A stretch of 40,648 nt of DNA from NCBI GenBank assembly GCA_032718475.1, contig JAUCBJ010007217.1:1-40648 (forward strand), written 5' to 3'. The stretch's first letter is position 1. The number at the start of each line of letters is the position of its first letter. Positions 11,526-21,982 of this stretch are shown here, one piece after another. The position numbers were made by a program, and so were the translations under genes. The DNA comes from Nemertoderma westbladi. Taxonomy: Eukaryota; Animalia; Xenacoelomorpha. The notes under the pieces were generated by a model, which was not told the DNA's origin, did not search any database, and saw nothing but the letters and a program-made list of their open reading frames with translations.

Positions 11526-12293
11526 TTACACAGAGGGCGACAACGGCGGGATTGTCGACGATATATTTGCCGGTTTCAGTGTGGTCGGCTGATGAGTGTT
11601 AGTGCATTGAACGAGAACATAGTCAGTGTCACTGAGCTGTTGTGTTTGAGCCAAATAGGTGGCGGCCATGGTCGACTGGAACTCTATGATTAAATTCCTC
11701 GCCCAATTGTCCTTGGAGGAACATCTACTGAGGACCTCGACATCGTGGAAGATTAGAACGACGTTGGTGCTTAAACTGACGCCATCCGCGGCTGGGATCG
11801 AGACGCTGGTGGTATTAAACGAGGTGCCAACAATAAGATCCCTAGCGGATGCCTGCACCGTTATGTTGTTTGAAGTAACTCCGATATAGTTGCCGTTAGT
11901 CACATTGAACCAACTGCGAACTGTGATCTTAGTTTTCCAGTTATCATCTTCGTCTATAATAACGTCGAGGGTGTCCACGACGGCCAGAGAGAAGTGTATA
12001 GACCGAGGGAACAGTATGAGCAGTAGAATGCCGGCTAGGATGCAGCAGGTCGTTACAGCGATGGCCACGTAGAGTTTCGTGCGACGCGGTTTTAGTCGCT
12101 CGTCCGTGTACGGTATCAAGGCGACCAGGTCGTCGTCCTCACTGCGACTGATGTGGCCCCGGCCGTTACACGTTGGGCATTTCCTTTCGCCGCCAAATAG
12201 TTCCTGATAGCCGGAAACGATAGGAGATTTGGGTTTATCGTCGCCAACAGGATTTCGCATTGTTGTAAAACTACCTGTACCGGTACCACTCAT
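11526..12293 (-). CDS. TMEM106B: TMEM106 family lysosomal type II membrane protein, single exon
   Basis: CPTCNGRG..LVALIPYTDERLKPRRTKLYV signature followed by one TM helix ending in LFPRS, then a lumenal beta-rich domain with N-glycosylation sequons. Paralogue assignment within the family is nominal. Confidence 0.9.
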   Translation of the reverse strand: MSGTGTGSFTTMRNPVGDDKPKSPIVSGYQELFGGERKCPTCNGRGHISRSEDDDLVALIPYTDERLKPRRTKLYVAIAVTTCCILAGILLLILFPRSIHFSLAVVDTLDVIIDEDDNWKTKITVRSWFNVTNGNYIGVTSNNITVQASARDLIVGTSFNTTSVSIPAADGVSLSTNVVLIFHDVEVLSRCSSKDNWARNLIIEFQSTMAATYLAQTQQLSDTDYVLVQCTNTHQPTTLKPANISSTIPPLSPSV

Positions 12294-12778
12294 GTTACAG
12301 TGTTATTACATTATTATTATTACTGTATTACAGTATTATCAATCGATACAACCAGACAATACAGCAATAGCTGATTATGGAATAGCAGAGGGACCAGGGA
12401 ATATATTACGGTAGAGTAACAGGCAGTGCAGCCCACTACTGGTAAGCCCTAAAACTCGCAGATAGTAGCGTACATTGACCACAAGTAAAAATTGTGATCT
12501 TCAGCGCAAATTTACCGCACGTGAAATAATGTATAGTTTATTGTTTTGGTTCGAAAACACCACCACTGTAACCTGCCCCTTTCCTTTAATGTTTTAAATT
12601 AATTTAATTAATTTTTAAACCCACTAAAATTTATTTTGTGTTTGTGGTCATTTTGCGCCATTGACTCAAAACTCAATGGCTGAAGTGATTCAAGTCTGTG
12701 AGTGAAATGCAATATTTGAAATTAAACCAAACTTGTCTATACATTTTTAGTATGATATTTATTATTGGTGTTATGGGT

Positions 12779-13055
12779 TGTGGCAACGCCAAAGGTTGGT
12801 AAGATAAAAGGTAGGCATAACTTGTGGACTGTATAATATAATAAGTACTGAAATATAATAGGTCGGCAGGTAGGTCGGCATACAGACTGACAGGCATGAC
12901 AGGTAAGAAGGCATTTGGTACTGTACCGGTAGGTAAGTACGGTATGTGTACAATAAGGCCATAAAGCATATAATCAAGGTCCATTATATATCTCTACTGT
13001 AGTTAAGGAGTCTTTAAGTCTATAAGTAGGAAAGGAGTCTATAAACGTCGGCACA
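12779..13055 (-). repeat. 3' LTR of BEL/Pao element
   Basis: TGTGGCAACG...GTCGGCACA, direct repeat of 18664-18940; preceded on the minus strand by a short G-rich polypurine tract (GTGGGGG, 13056-13062). Confidence 0.97.
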
Positions 13056-13075
13056 CCCCCACGTCGTGATGGAGA

Positions 13076-16000
13076 TCAATCACGAAATCGATCAGGGCGC
13101 TTAACAGTTCGACCGGAACGGGTAATAGTCACATCTGGTGGAGACACATCCAATGGGTGGGGTGCAGAAACTTCATGATTGTCCCCAGGTGGCGCCGAAT
13201 TGATGGGTAGGGGGTGGTGCGAGTCAACAACAGTAGTGCCCCCACGGTTGGGAGAGCCGTGAGTGGCTGGCTGATGCAAGCCCCCACGGTCACGGTTGTG
13301 AATGTAAGGCGAGTCACATTCGAGTGGTACAAGCAAGTGCGCAGCGCGAGTTGTTGTACGGCCACGGAGTTTTAGTTCAACAGAATGTGGATAACCATCT
13401 TTCCCAATAAAGATTTGGGTGATGCGGCCAATTGGCCATTGGCCGCGGGGAGTCCAGCCACGGCCCTTGGGAAGAGACTCGCGAACGAATACAATGTCAC
13501 CAATGGCGGGTAGTTTGCCATGACCACTACCAGCAGTGCGCCAAGTGCGCAAAGAGGACAGATAGTCATGCGACCACAGCTTCCAAAAAAGGCGGTTGGC
13601 TTTATCACGCTTATACAAGGCAGAGCGAATCAGAGGTGCATCTATGGCATCAGCATCAACAGTTGATACAGGAGGTGGAGCACCATAGATAAAGTTGGCA
13701 GGTGTTATGGGAGGGTGATCAGATGGATCGGATGAAGCAGCAGTAAGTGGCCTCTGGTTAAGAACCGACTCCGTCTCGGCGAGGAAGGCATCCAGTTCAG
13801 GCCGAGATAGAACAGTACCGTGACAAACAGTTCGAAGGCAGGTCTTCACAGAACGAACCAGACGCTCCCAATAGCCACCCCAATGTGGCGAGCGGGCAGG
13901 AATAAATCTCCAAGTAATGACATGAGATGGGAAGCGCATGGTACTGAGGGAAAGAAACGTCTTGGCATTATCAGAGCGGAACTCTACCATCTGAAAAGGT
14001 GGGACCCGGCGAGCAAGAAACTTACGTACTGCAAGATATGCAGATTGTGACTTAAGATTGTCAACAGGTTCAAGGCTGATAGCACGAATGCAGGCACAAG
14101 TGAATAAGGCTACCCAAACCTTGACTTTCCCAGTAGTATAAAGAGGTCCCAAAAAATCAATACCAGTAGTCTGGAAGGGAGCTAAAGCAGTAGAACGAAA
14201 TGATGGCAGACTTGATTCAGGTGGTTTGTATGCAACAGCACGATAGCGTTGACAACGAGGGCATCCATGGACAATCTTACGGACCAAGGAGCGACCCTTA
14301 GGTATCCAATAGCGGATACGAATCTGAGACAATGTTGCCTCAGGGCCTTGGTGTTGAAGGACTTGGTGGGTTTGCTGAACAATAAGGTATGTTAAGTGGC
14401 TACGTTGGGGAAGTAATATTAATGGGATCTCACCAGTCCGAGGTATAAATACAAGGATTCCATCTTTCAGGAGAGGGTGAAATCGCCAAAGTGGGGAACT
14501 CCTAGTGATCAGCTGATCAGGATTCTTGGTAAGGGATGTGACTTCCCCAGCGAAATATTTATGTTGCTCAACACGAATTAGGAAGTGTAAAGCATGAGTC
14601 AGCTCAGTTGCCCAGGGAAATCCAGAAACTGGGCAGGAACCCGGTCGGGTATTGGACACAAAACGAAAAACCCAAGCCGCAACACGTATAGCATGGGTAA
14701 TGTCGGAGAAACGTGAAATATCAATAGGGCAATCCAATAATGGATCAGGAACTTCTACTGTAAGAAGTTGAGGCGGTGGTGTGGGAACTTGAGGCCAATG
14801 GCTTTCAGGTTCAGTGATGTAGGCAGGACCATGGCGGTACAAATCACTGTTGCACAGTGTAGAAAGATGGGTGCCACGGGAAGGTAAATCAGCAGGATTC
14901 AAGGTGGTAGGCACATATCGCCATTGGGTTGGTAAAGAAAGAGTCGCAATCTCTTGGAGGCGGTTGGATACAAAGACATCCCGTTTCGCAACACCTTTAC
15001 GGATCCAATAGAGGACACACAAGGAATCAGTCCAAAGATGCACATGGTCTGGTTGAACGATAGCTGATTGCACATGGTGGAGGAATCGAGCACCAATAAG
15101 GGCAGCCAGTAGTTCTAAACGAGGGGTTGAGTGGGTTGGCTTCAAAGGTGCTGCACGAGATTTGCCGTAATACAAGAAAGACTGAAGTCTAGGCTGGACA
15201 ACATATGCCAAGAAACCATAGGCATGAGATGAGCTATCACAAAATATGTGAAGGTGAGAGGATGGGGTGATATGAACACACCTTGGAAAAGTAACTATCT
15301 GGTCAGCTTCTTTAGACCAGGACAACCACTCAGATTGTAAATCAATAGGTAAAGGAGTATTCCAACCTCCACCCACTTTCCAGGAACGTTGAAGTAGAAG
15401 ACGGGGGCGAATAGTCCAAGGACACAATAAACCAAGAGGGTCAAAGACTTTGGCTAGAGAACGAAGCAGTTCCCGGCGGTTAAAGATGGTGGGTGGTTTG
15501 ATAACACTAGTATTAACATAGATTATGTCAAGTGTCGGATCTAATGATAGGCCAAGAACCTTACAAGGGGAATCAATGACCTTAAGCTCCATCGCAGCAT
15601 TGCTAAACAGACAAACAGAATCATGAAGGAACTTGTCTGCTTCGTATTGGGAATCTCCACTCCAGACAACATCATCACAAAGGAGTGATTCAACCAACTG
15701 GCGGGCAAAGGTGGGATCAGCATTCTGGTAGATATGGGATAGAACGGTAGAATGAAGGTGATAGGAACTAGATGCCAATCCGAAAGGGACACGTTTGAAC
15801 TGGTAATATCCACCTTTCCAAAGAAACTTAACCCAAAGTCTATCTGAGGGGTGAAGTTCGACCTGGTGGAAGGCTGCGACTACATCAGCCACTACAATAA
15901 ATGGGCGAAGACGAAAGCGAAGTAGTATATCAGTCAATGGGGCCAAAAGGTTGGGGCCAGGATCTAAGCAAGAGTTGAGACTGACACCTTTGCAGTCAGT

Positions 16001-18415
16001 GCTAGATCCATTAAAGACTACACGAAACTTAGGCGTGGATACACTATGGTGGGGCAGGTAGAAGCCAACATCTGGAGGGGTAGATGCCTTCTCAGCAATA
16101 CCATCAATGAGGAGCTTCTGTATTTTTTCGGAATAGATGGTAGATAAGCTAGGTGTTAGTTTAGATATTACATGAGGCTGATAATGTTCTACAAAGGAAC
16201 GATTACAGGTAGGGCGACGGCTGCTTTTAAAGGGAAGGCAGACCTGATACCGCAAGGGATTTTCCTGAGAACGGCAAGGTACAGTATAAGCAGGATCTGA
16301 TTCAATTGGGTATTCCTTGATACCAACTGACTCAAGGCTCCATAGTCGAGTAATATCGTCATCCAACTCGGAAACAAAGAGTGAAGGACTAGATATATGG
16401 TCAATATTAGATAAAGAATTCATTGGTCCAGAAAGGACATAACCAAAAAAGGTAGATATGGCAGTAGGTAAACCTGGAACTATCAAAGGTTGACCAGTTA
16501 CTGACCAAAGTTGATCAGCTCCGATCATGAGGTCGATGGTGCGGTTGTTCCCATCAAAAGAATCGGCCCAAGGACCAAGATGAGCGATCTGACTGGGAAG
16601 GTATAGAAGACGTTCCTGTCGCATGTCTGGACAAAGTCTCTCAGTGGTCCAAGCCATCAATGTGATAGGTTGTGGAGAGAAAGTACTCCTTAGGTCAAAG
16701 GATACACAATGGGATAGTTGAGAATATACCTGTTCCCCAAAGGATCCGGTGGTTAAGGTACGGGACTGGCTAGCAGGTAGACCAATATGAGAGGCAGTGC
16801 TACCACGAATATAGGAACGTTTGGACCCATCGTCGAGATACACATGAATCCAAACACCAGTGTCTGAGTTTGGCGAAGAAATAAAAGCCCTTGCTATCTT
16901 AACAAATACAGTATAAGGTTCCAAGTCTGTAGCCGAATTTGCGGGATCAATGGATGCTGAACTAGGTTGCCAAGAAGTAGGCGGTTGATAGCTAATAGGT
17001 TTATCAGGTCGACTATTAGTGGTATTGGCGGCAGAAGAACTAGACACGCCTGATTTCTGACTATAGCATAATAAGGAGTGATGAGATTTACCACAACTGC
17101 GACATTTGGCGGTTGAAGGGCAACTGGCAGTTTTATGTGGACCAAGACAATTATGGCACAAATGGGAAGATCTAATTAAAGCTGAACGATCTTCCGGTGA
17201 TTTACTTAGGAAGGCAGAACAGAGTTTCATACTATGTGGTTTACCACCACAGGCTAGGCAAGAATGACGTTCAGAGACAGGCAATGCAGATACAGTAGAT
17301 CGCTGAAATTCAATACGATTATGGCTGGAAAATCTCTGCTTAGAATCTGCAGTAGGTTTGGGGGTAGAATTATTTGGAGGTTTAAAGGCCATAGCCTCTC
17401 GAGTTTCCAGCTCTATACGAACAAACTTAAGAAGCTCAGTTAGATCAAAACGATCAGTAGTATGGCTGCGGTTCCATTCAAGTACAACCTCATTAGGAAG
17501 CTTCTGAATGAGCAATGGGGCCAGTAATAAAGAAGTTAATCCAGAGGATTGGGTACTATTTTGTGGCTGGCTGGAAGGTTCAATCTCAGAGGCCAGTGTC
17601 TGAATTTCGCGGAGAGAACCCTGGAATATATCAATAGTCCTACGAAAGGAACCTACATCATTAGCTATGATAGCAGGCAGGCTACAAATTCGGGATGCAT
17701 ACAACCCAATAAGATGATGCGGATTCCCGTATCTTTGTTTCAAAAGATCAATGGAAAGATTGTAATTGCAGGCAGAAGCAGATATGCCAGCTAGGGCATC
17801 CTTAGCTTCACCCTGGAGAGAGTGGCGGAGGTACACGAATTTCTTAATATCTGGTAGGCTGGTTTCATGCACTAATACACTGAATTGGTCCCAAAAAGGG
17901 CGCCATTGAATAAAATCTCCATTAAAACGAGGTACCTGAATTTTAGGTAGGCCTTGAATATGTTCCTGCGGCCTAGAGTCTGATGAAGATATTGAATTAT
18001 TATCAGTGCGGTCTGAGGCACGATCGAGACGAGTAAGGAGACGCTGTGACTTAAACAACAACTCATCCATCTGATCAAAGATACCACGATCAAGGGGCGC
18101 ATGTCCAGCCCGATTTGGGGTACTCCCTTCCCCAAACTGGCTGTCGGTATCGACTTCTAAAGTTTGTGAAATTACATGGTTCAAGGCAGAACGCTGAGTT
18201 TCAAGTCGGTTGATCCTATAGGCGAGGTCATCCGAATCGGCTCTATCTCCAAGGTCACGGACAGCACTCAAATCAGCTATAAAACGTCTACAGCGCGTAC
18301 GTTCTGTATCTAATTGCAGCCTTAAATTGGCAACTTCCGGGATACCGGTAGGCGGTGTACCGGTAGGCGGTGTACCGGTAGCTGGCAATGTGGTATCGTT
18401 TTCGAAATCTGACAT
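13076..18415 (-). CDS. BEL/Pao Gag-Pol polyprotein (Gag, three zinc knuckles, aspartic protease, RT, RNase H, integrase)
   Basis: LPKIQVPRFNGD..W..FWDQF (Gag, DUF1759-type); CLAC..H..C, CHNC..H..C, CRSC..HH; LDDGS protease; YLPHH, RVPFG, LCDD RT; HIFCDSS, PRLELLAA, NPADLPSRG RNase H; H..H..CPRC, GIDFLGP, SDNA, WERLV integrase; C-terminal TRSGR. First ATG at 18415 (the track starts at an upstream TTG, 18445). Confidence 0.95.
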   Translation of the reverse strand: MSDFENDTTLPATGTPPTGTPPTGIPEVANLRLQLDTERTRCRRFIADLSAVRDLGDRADSDDLAYRINRLETQRSALNHVISQTLEVDTDSQFGEGSTPNRAGHAPLDRGIFDQMDELLFKSQRLLTRLDRASDRTDNNSISSSDSRPQEHIQGLPKIQVPRFNGDFIQWRPFWDQFSVLVHETSLPDIKKFVYLRHSLQGEAKDALAGISASACNYNLSIDLLKQRYGNPHHLIGLYASRICSLPAIIANDVGSFRRTIDIFQGSLREIQTLASEIEPSSQPQNSTQSSGLTSLLLAPLLIQKLPNEVVLEWNRSHTTDRFDLTELLKFVRIELETREAMAFKPPNNSTPKPTADSKQRFSSHNRIEFQRSTVSALPVSERHSCLACGGKPHSMKLCSAFLSKSPEDRSALIRSSHLCHNCLGPHKTASCPSTAKCRSCGKSHHSLLCYSQKSGVSSSSAANTTNSRPDKPISYQPPTSWQPSSASIDPANSATDLEPYTVFVKIARAFISSPNSDTGVWIHVYLDDGSKRSYIRGSTASHIGLPASQSRTLTTGSFGEQVYSQLSHCVSFDLRSTFSPQPITLMAWTTERLCPDMRQERLLYLPSQIAHLGPWADSFDGNNRTIDLMIGADQLWSVTGQPLIVPGLPTAISTFFGYVLSGPMNSLSNIDHISSPSLFVSELDDDITRLWSLESVGIKEYPIESDPAYTVPCRSQENPLRYQVCLPFKSSRRPTCNRSFVEHYQPHVISKLTPSLSTIYSEKIQKLLIDGIAEKASTPPDVGFYLPHHSVSTPKFRVVFNGSSTDCKGVSLNSCLDPGPNLLAPLTDILLRFRLRPFIVVADVVAAFHQVELHPSDRLWVKFLWKGGYYQFKRVPFGLASSSYHLHSTVLSHIYQNADPTFARQLVESLLCDDVVWSGDSQYEADKFLHDSVCLFSNAAMELKVIDSPCKVLGLSLDPTLDIIYVNTSVIKPPTIFNRRELLRSLAKVFDPLGLLCPWTIRPRLLLQRSWKVGGGWNTPLPIDLQSEWLSWSKEADQIVTFPRCVHITPSSHLHIFCDSSSHAYGFLAYVVQPRLQSFLYYGKSRAAPLKPTHSTPRLELLAALIGARFLHHVQSAIVQPDHVHLWTDSLCVLYWIRKGVAKRDVFVSNRLQEIATLSLPTQWRYVPTTLNPADLPSRGTHLSTLCNSDLYRHGPAYITEPESHWPQVPTPPPQLLTVEVPDPLLDCPIDISRFSDITHAIRVAAWVFRFVSNTRPGSCPVSGFPWATELTHALHFLIRVEQHKYFAGEVTSLTKNPDQLITRSSPLWRFHPLLKDGILVFIPRTGEIPLILLPQRSHLTYLIVQQTHQVLQHQGPEATLSQIRIRYWIPKGRSLVRKIVHGCPRCQRYRAVAYKPPESSLPSFRSTALAPFQTTGIDFLGPLYTTGKVKVWVALFTCACIRAISLEPVDNLKSQSAYLAVRKFLARRVPPFQMVEFRSDNAKTFLSLSTMRFPSHVITWRFIPARSPHWGGYWERLVRSVKTCLRTVCHGTVLSRPELDAFLAETESVLNQRPLTAASSDPSDHPPITPANFIYGAPPPVSTVDADAIDAPLIRSALYKRDKANRLFWKLWSHDYLSSLRTWRTAGSGHGKLPAIGDIVFVRESLPKGRGWTPRGQWPIGRITQIFIGKDGYPHSVELKLRGRTTTRAAHLLVPLECDSPYIHNRDRGGLHQPATHGSPNRGGTTVVDSHHPLPINSAPPGDNHEVSAPHPLDVSPPDVTITRSGRTVKRPDRFRD

Positions 18416-18647
18416 AATTAGGTAGGCTAGGAGTAGGATGTTCAATAATACCGGTACCGAATATCACATCAGTTAGCGTTATGGAGGTTCTGAGTTAAAG
18501 TGTAGGCCGATTGCTGTACCGGTAAAGGAATGTAAAATGGCAGGACGTACTGTTAACGGTTATCCAAGTATGAAATTCCGAGGATGTTGATCGAGTTTAT
18601 ACTGTTACAGTATACCGGTAAGGTGAAATCGAAAGGTTCATCGCAGT

Positions 18648-18663
18648 AATCCGGTTCGAAGAG
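18648..18663 (-). promoter_or_regulatory. Putative primer-binding site (tRNA-Tyr-like, lacking the TGG)
   Basis: Immediately after the 5' LTR the minus strand reads CTCTTCGAACCGGATT, resembling the common BEL PBS TGGTCCTTCGAGCCGGAT. Confidence 0.55.
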
Positions 18664-18940
18664 TGTGGCAACGCCAAAGGTTGGTAAGATAAAAGGTAGG
18701 CATAACTTGTGGACTGTATAATATAATAAGTACTGAAATATAATAGGTCGGCAGGTAGGTCGGCATACAGACTGACAGGCATGACAGGTAAGAAGGCATT
18801 TGGTACTGTACCGGTAGGTAAGTACGGTATGTGTACAATAAGGCCATAAAGCATATAATCAAGGTCCATTATATATCTCTACTGTAGTTAAGGAGTCTTT
18901 AAGTCTATAAGTAGGAAAGGAGTCTATAAACGTCGGCACA
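18664..18940 (-). repeat. 5' LTR of BEL/Pao element
   Basis: Direct repeat of 12779-13055. Confidence 0.97.
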
Positions 18941-19353
18941 TGGGTGAATGGGTGGTGGTTTCCTATTATTATAACTTTTTGTTGGGCACAGCTTTTGCAA
19001 AGACGGTAATGACGTCCAGGTGGGATCAAACTGGTGACCTCCGGGTTGGAAGTCTGACGCTCTAACCATTCAGCTAGGGGCTGAGGTAAAAGATAGACCT
19101 GGAAATACTATCTGGTACCTTGTATGTCCGCAATTTACCTCCTCCTGGCCTTCCATCTGCTGCCACTGTGCTCAACCCTATAGTACTTTAACCACTATCG
19201 CTACAATGAAAGGGTAGTGTATATTAACAATGAACCATCACGGCCACAATGATTAATTATGTAATAATTTAATTACAGTAAAGCTACTAATTTAGGTAGG
19301 ACAGTTACACCCATAGAGCTATATTTGCCGTCTTTTCAAAAGCTGTGCCCAAC
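18941..19353. mobile_element. Interspersed repeat with a tRNA-like module (19015-19082, -) between 29-bp inverted repeats; left end lies at ~12758-12778, split by the LTR element
   Basis: Similar to 40383-40648. Inverted arms GTTGGGCACAGCTTTTGCAAAGACGGTAA (18981-19009) and TTGCCGTCTTTTCAAAAGCTGTGCCCAAC (19325-19353). Confidence 0.8.
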
Positions 19354-21481
19354 TTCATCAGAAAACGTTATGGGAAGTGTTGTAGCTTCATATGTAGGTA
19401 CATATTTTTGCGACCAGGTGAATATGTCGTGCAAGGGTTATAAATTTTATACGAGTATTGTGTTAACTTTTTTATCCATAGACTTTAAATAAGGATATAC
19501 CCCATTACATACTACACAGTACAGTAGAGTAGGCCTATCCTTTGGGGCTCGCTCTCGCTTCTTCTCTTACTCCAGCACCTCATTTTTAATAATTTACCAC
19601 TATCCTCCAGAACTGCAACTTGATCTTTGCTACCTTATTCCGTCGTACTCTAAAAACTGAACATTTCAATCAGGCCTTTCAGCCTTAACTCTCTTAGGAC
19701 CATCGAACCAGTTAGGGCGCTCTAATAATAACTGCTTAATTTATTATTATTAGTTCGTCGAAAAATATTTAAGATGGTTATAGCTACGCATCAATGTGGT
19801 TGAATAGAAAAGTTTACAAGAGGAAATTATGGGCCGACCTCGCAGCTACTGCAGTTTACGTAAATAGCAGACCTACACCTACAGTACCGGTAGCCTACAC
19901 CTACCTAATCGGTGGTTATTTCCATGTCTCGGTTGTACGAGACTTTCCGATCTTACCCTTACCTGGCTAAAAATTGTTTAAATCCGCATATTTCCAACCG
20001 GGGGCGTAAAGTTTTATATTCCATTCGCAGTGTTCCAACTTCCAAGCGGTGCCTGTCCAATTCCGTGTCGAAGTTTGACGTTTAGATTAAACAGGACAAA
20101 GGTTATTAACGATATTGCTCTATTGACAATGGCGAGCAAAGGTTACAACTAGCGAGTCAAAAGTTCTAAAGTTCAAATACATTAGGCCTACTTCGAGTAA
20201 TTTAATGCAATAAGAGTGTGATGATGATTGTGCTAATGATACGTTACAAAATTACATACAAAATTATATAGCAACATAATAAATAACATAAGATAGGTTG
20301 ATGGTGGACTGGGCTCGGAATTGAATGGTTTAACACTTTAAACAAACATGCAGCATTAATTATAATTATTGTTCTACGGGAATTGCTGGTTAGCGGGAAT
20401 TTCAAATTGAAAGGTTTCTTAGCAACGATGTAATTGCAACGATAGCTCAGAGTGCAACCACGCAATAGTACTGTAGTCCAGCACAGTACGGTACCGGTGG
20501 TATGTTCACAGGTCCGTGTTGATGTGTGTATTTTGTGTTGTCTTGTTCTCCGACTCAGTTAGAATTTGTCATTGTCATTTTGTAATTCTTTCTCTCATTC
20601 TCTGGCTCTATGCAGTATTTTATATTATTACTATGTATCAGTATGTATCGTATATAAGTACTGAAATACTCTGGTACAAGTTCTCACTAGCGGTACTTGG
20701 TATGCAGAAATGTTTACAATTTTAAAGGCACCATCTCACATATTCATCCTGCATCTAGAGTTATCTTGCAATTGAAAGTATTCGCTACTTACCTGCAAAC
20801 CTAGAAATTATACTTACAAAAGTAGATTCAAAGCTCTCAGATTCAATTTTCTACTACATTCGTGTGCTCAATATTACTTACAGTAATATAAAAGTACTGT
20901 AGGCGTACTATTAATATAATTCCCTTAATAGTCCCGAATTCAGTAACTTTTGTTAGCCAATTATACATGAATATGTATTTTTAAGCTTTTAATTTATGCT
21001 GCGGGCCCCATACAATATTGATTACTTGAACATGTAAACTGATTTGCGAAATTAGATTGATTGAAGGTTCTAGAAAATGGATAATTACGAATATGGTGAG
21101 TCACATCATCTATCTACATCATCATCCTTAATTAACATCTTAAAGGTAATGCAAAGGAAATGTAGCGTCTACCGGTACCATTATTCACTAATGGTGTTAT
21201 TGGTTAAAATGAATAACAATGATATGATTGGGGTGAAATAAGGGTCACAGCGATCTCCAATTGACTTTCGAACATTGCCGAGCTGGGAAAGTGTAGGTTT
21301 GCCTATTTATTATCGGGTGGTTTGGTACGGGCGCGTTTTTGGGGTCTGTGTGCGGCCTCGTACCGATAGTAGAGGCAGGCTGATCCTAAAGTGATTGTGT
21401 TGTAGTGAGTGTGTTTGGGGGGGGGGGGGGGGGGGGGGCACTCATACTGTACATGTAGTATAAGCTTATGTTTTTTTGCAG

Positions 21482-21654
21482 TTTCCATAGAGGAACTATT
21501 TGGTGCGCAAAAGCGAAAAATCGTTGTTTTTGGGTCCGGAATGCTTCACCGCCCAATTTATCCTACGAAGATGCCGACATCTCGACTAGGCAACGAGTTT
21601 GGTCAACCAGGGGGGAGTGCTAATGTCGGGCCAGGAACTTACGACAATGCCACA
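21482..21654 (+). CDS. PIFO: Pitchfork/PIFO (CIMAP3)-like ciliary protein, coding exon (acceptor at 21481 or 21490; true first exon uncertain, candidate ATGGCGAGCAAAG at 20129-20141)
   Basis: Encodes VVFGSGMLHRPIYPTKMPTSRLGNEF..NVGPGTYDNAT, similar to the PIFO FG..R..P...GN.F...GPG.Y region. TTTTTTTGCAG acceptor and GT donor at 21655 (phase 0). Confidence 0.75.
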
Positions 21655-21982
21655 GTGGGTACCACTAGCAGTAGTAGTAATCAGTTATAACAATGCCACA
21701 CTTGGTACCAGTAACAGTAGATTTAATCAGTTTACAAGGAACTCTGAGCAGACAGTCAGACATTGAATCTAATAAGCTAAAATGTACATTACACACGCCA
21801 CACCGCCATCATACCATGTAATGGAAGAATAATTCAATTGTACGTTTTTTATAAAGCCTATAGGCATTTAGAAATGGAATATTATTGACATCGTTAAAGT
21901 CAAAATAGAACTTTAAAGTTTCAAGTTATTTTATGAAATCTTTACAGTCATTATTCTTACATTAGGATTAATTTCACTTTAG

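Larger units (their letters stand above)
12779..18940 (-). mobile_element. Full-length BEL/Pao LTR retrotransposon (6162 bp)
   Basis: Two 277-bp TG...CA LTRs that appear identical, 5-bp TSD TGGGT (12774-12778 and 18941-18945), single uninterrupted gag-pol ORF. Confidence 0.97.

Noticed and set aside
12673-12984. Duplicated small ORFs (also 18597-18869)
   Set aside because: They are simply the two LTR copies; there is no evidence of coding.
19015-19082. Functional tRNA gene (also 40471-40538)
   Set aside because: Stems pair poorly and the segment is embedded in a diverged dispersed repeat.
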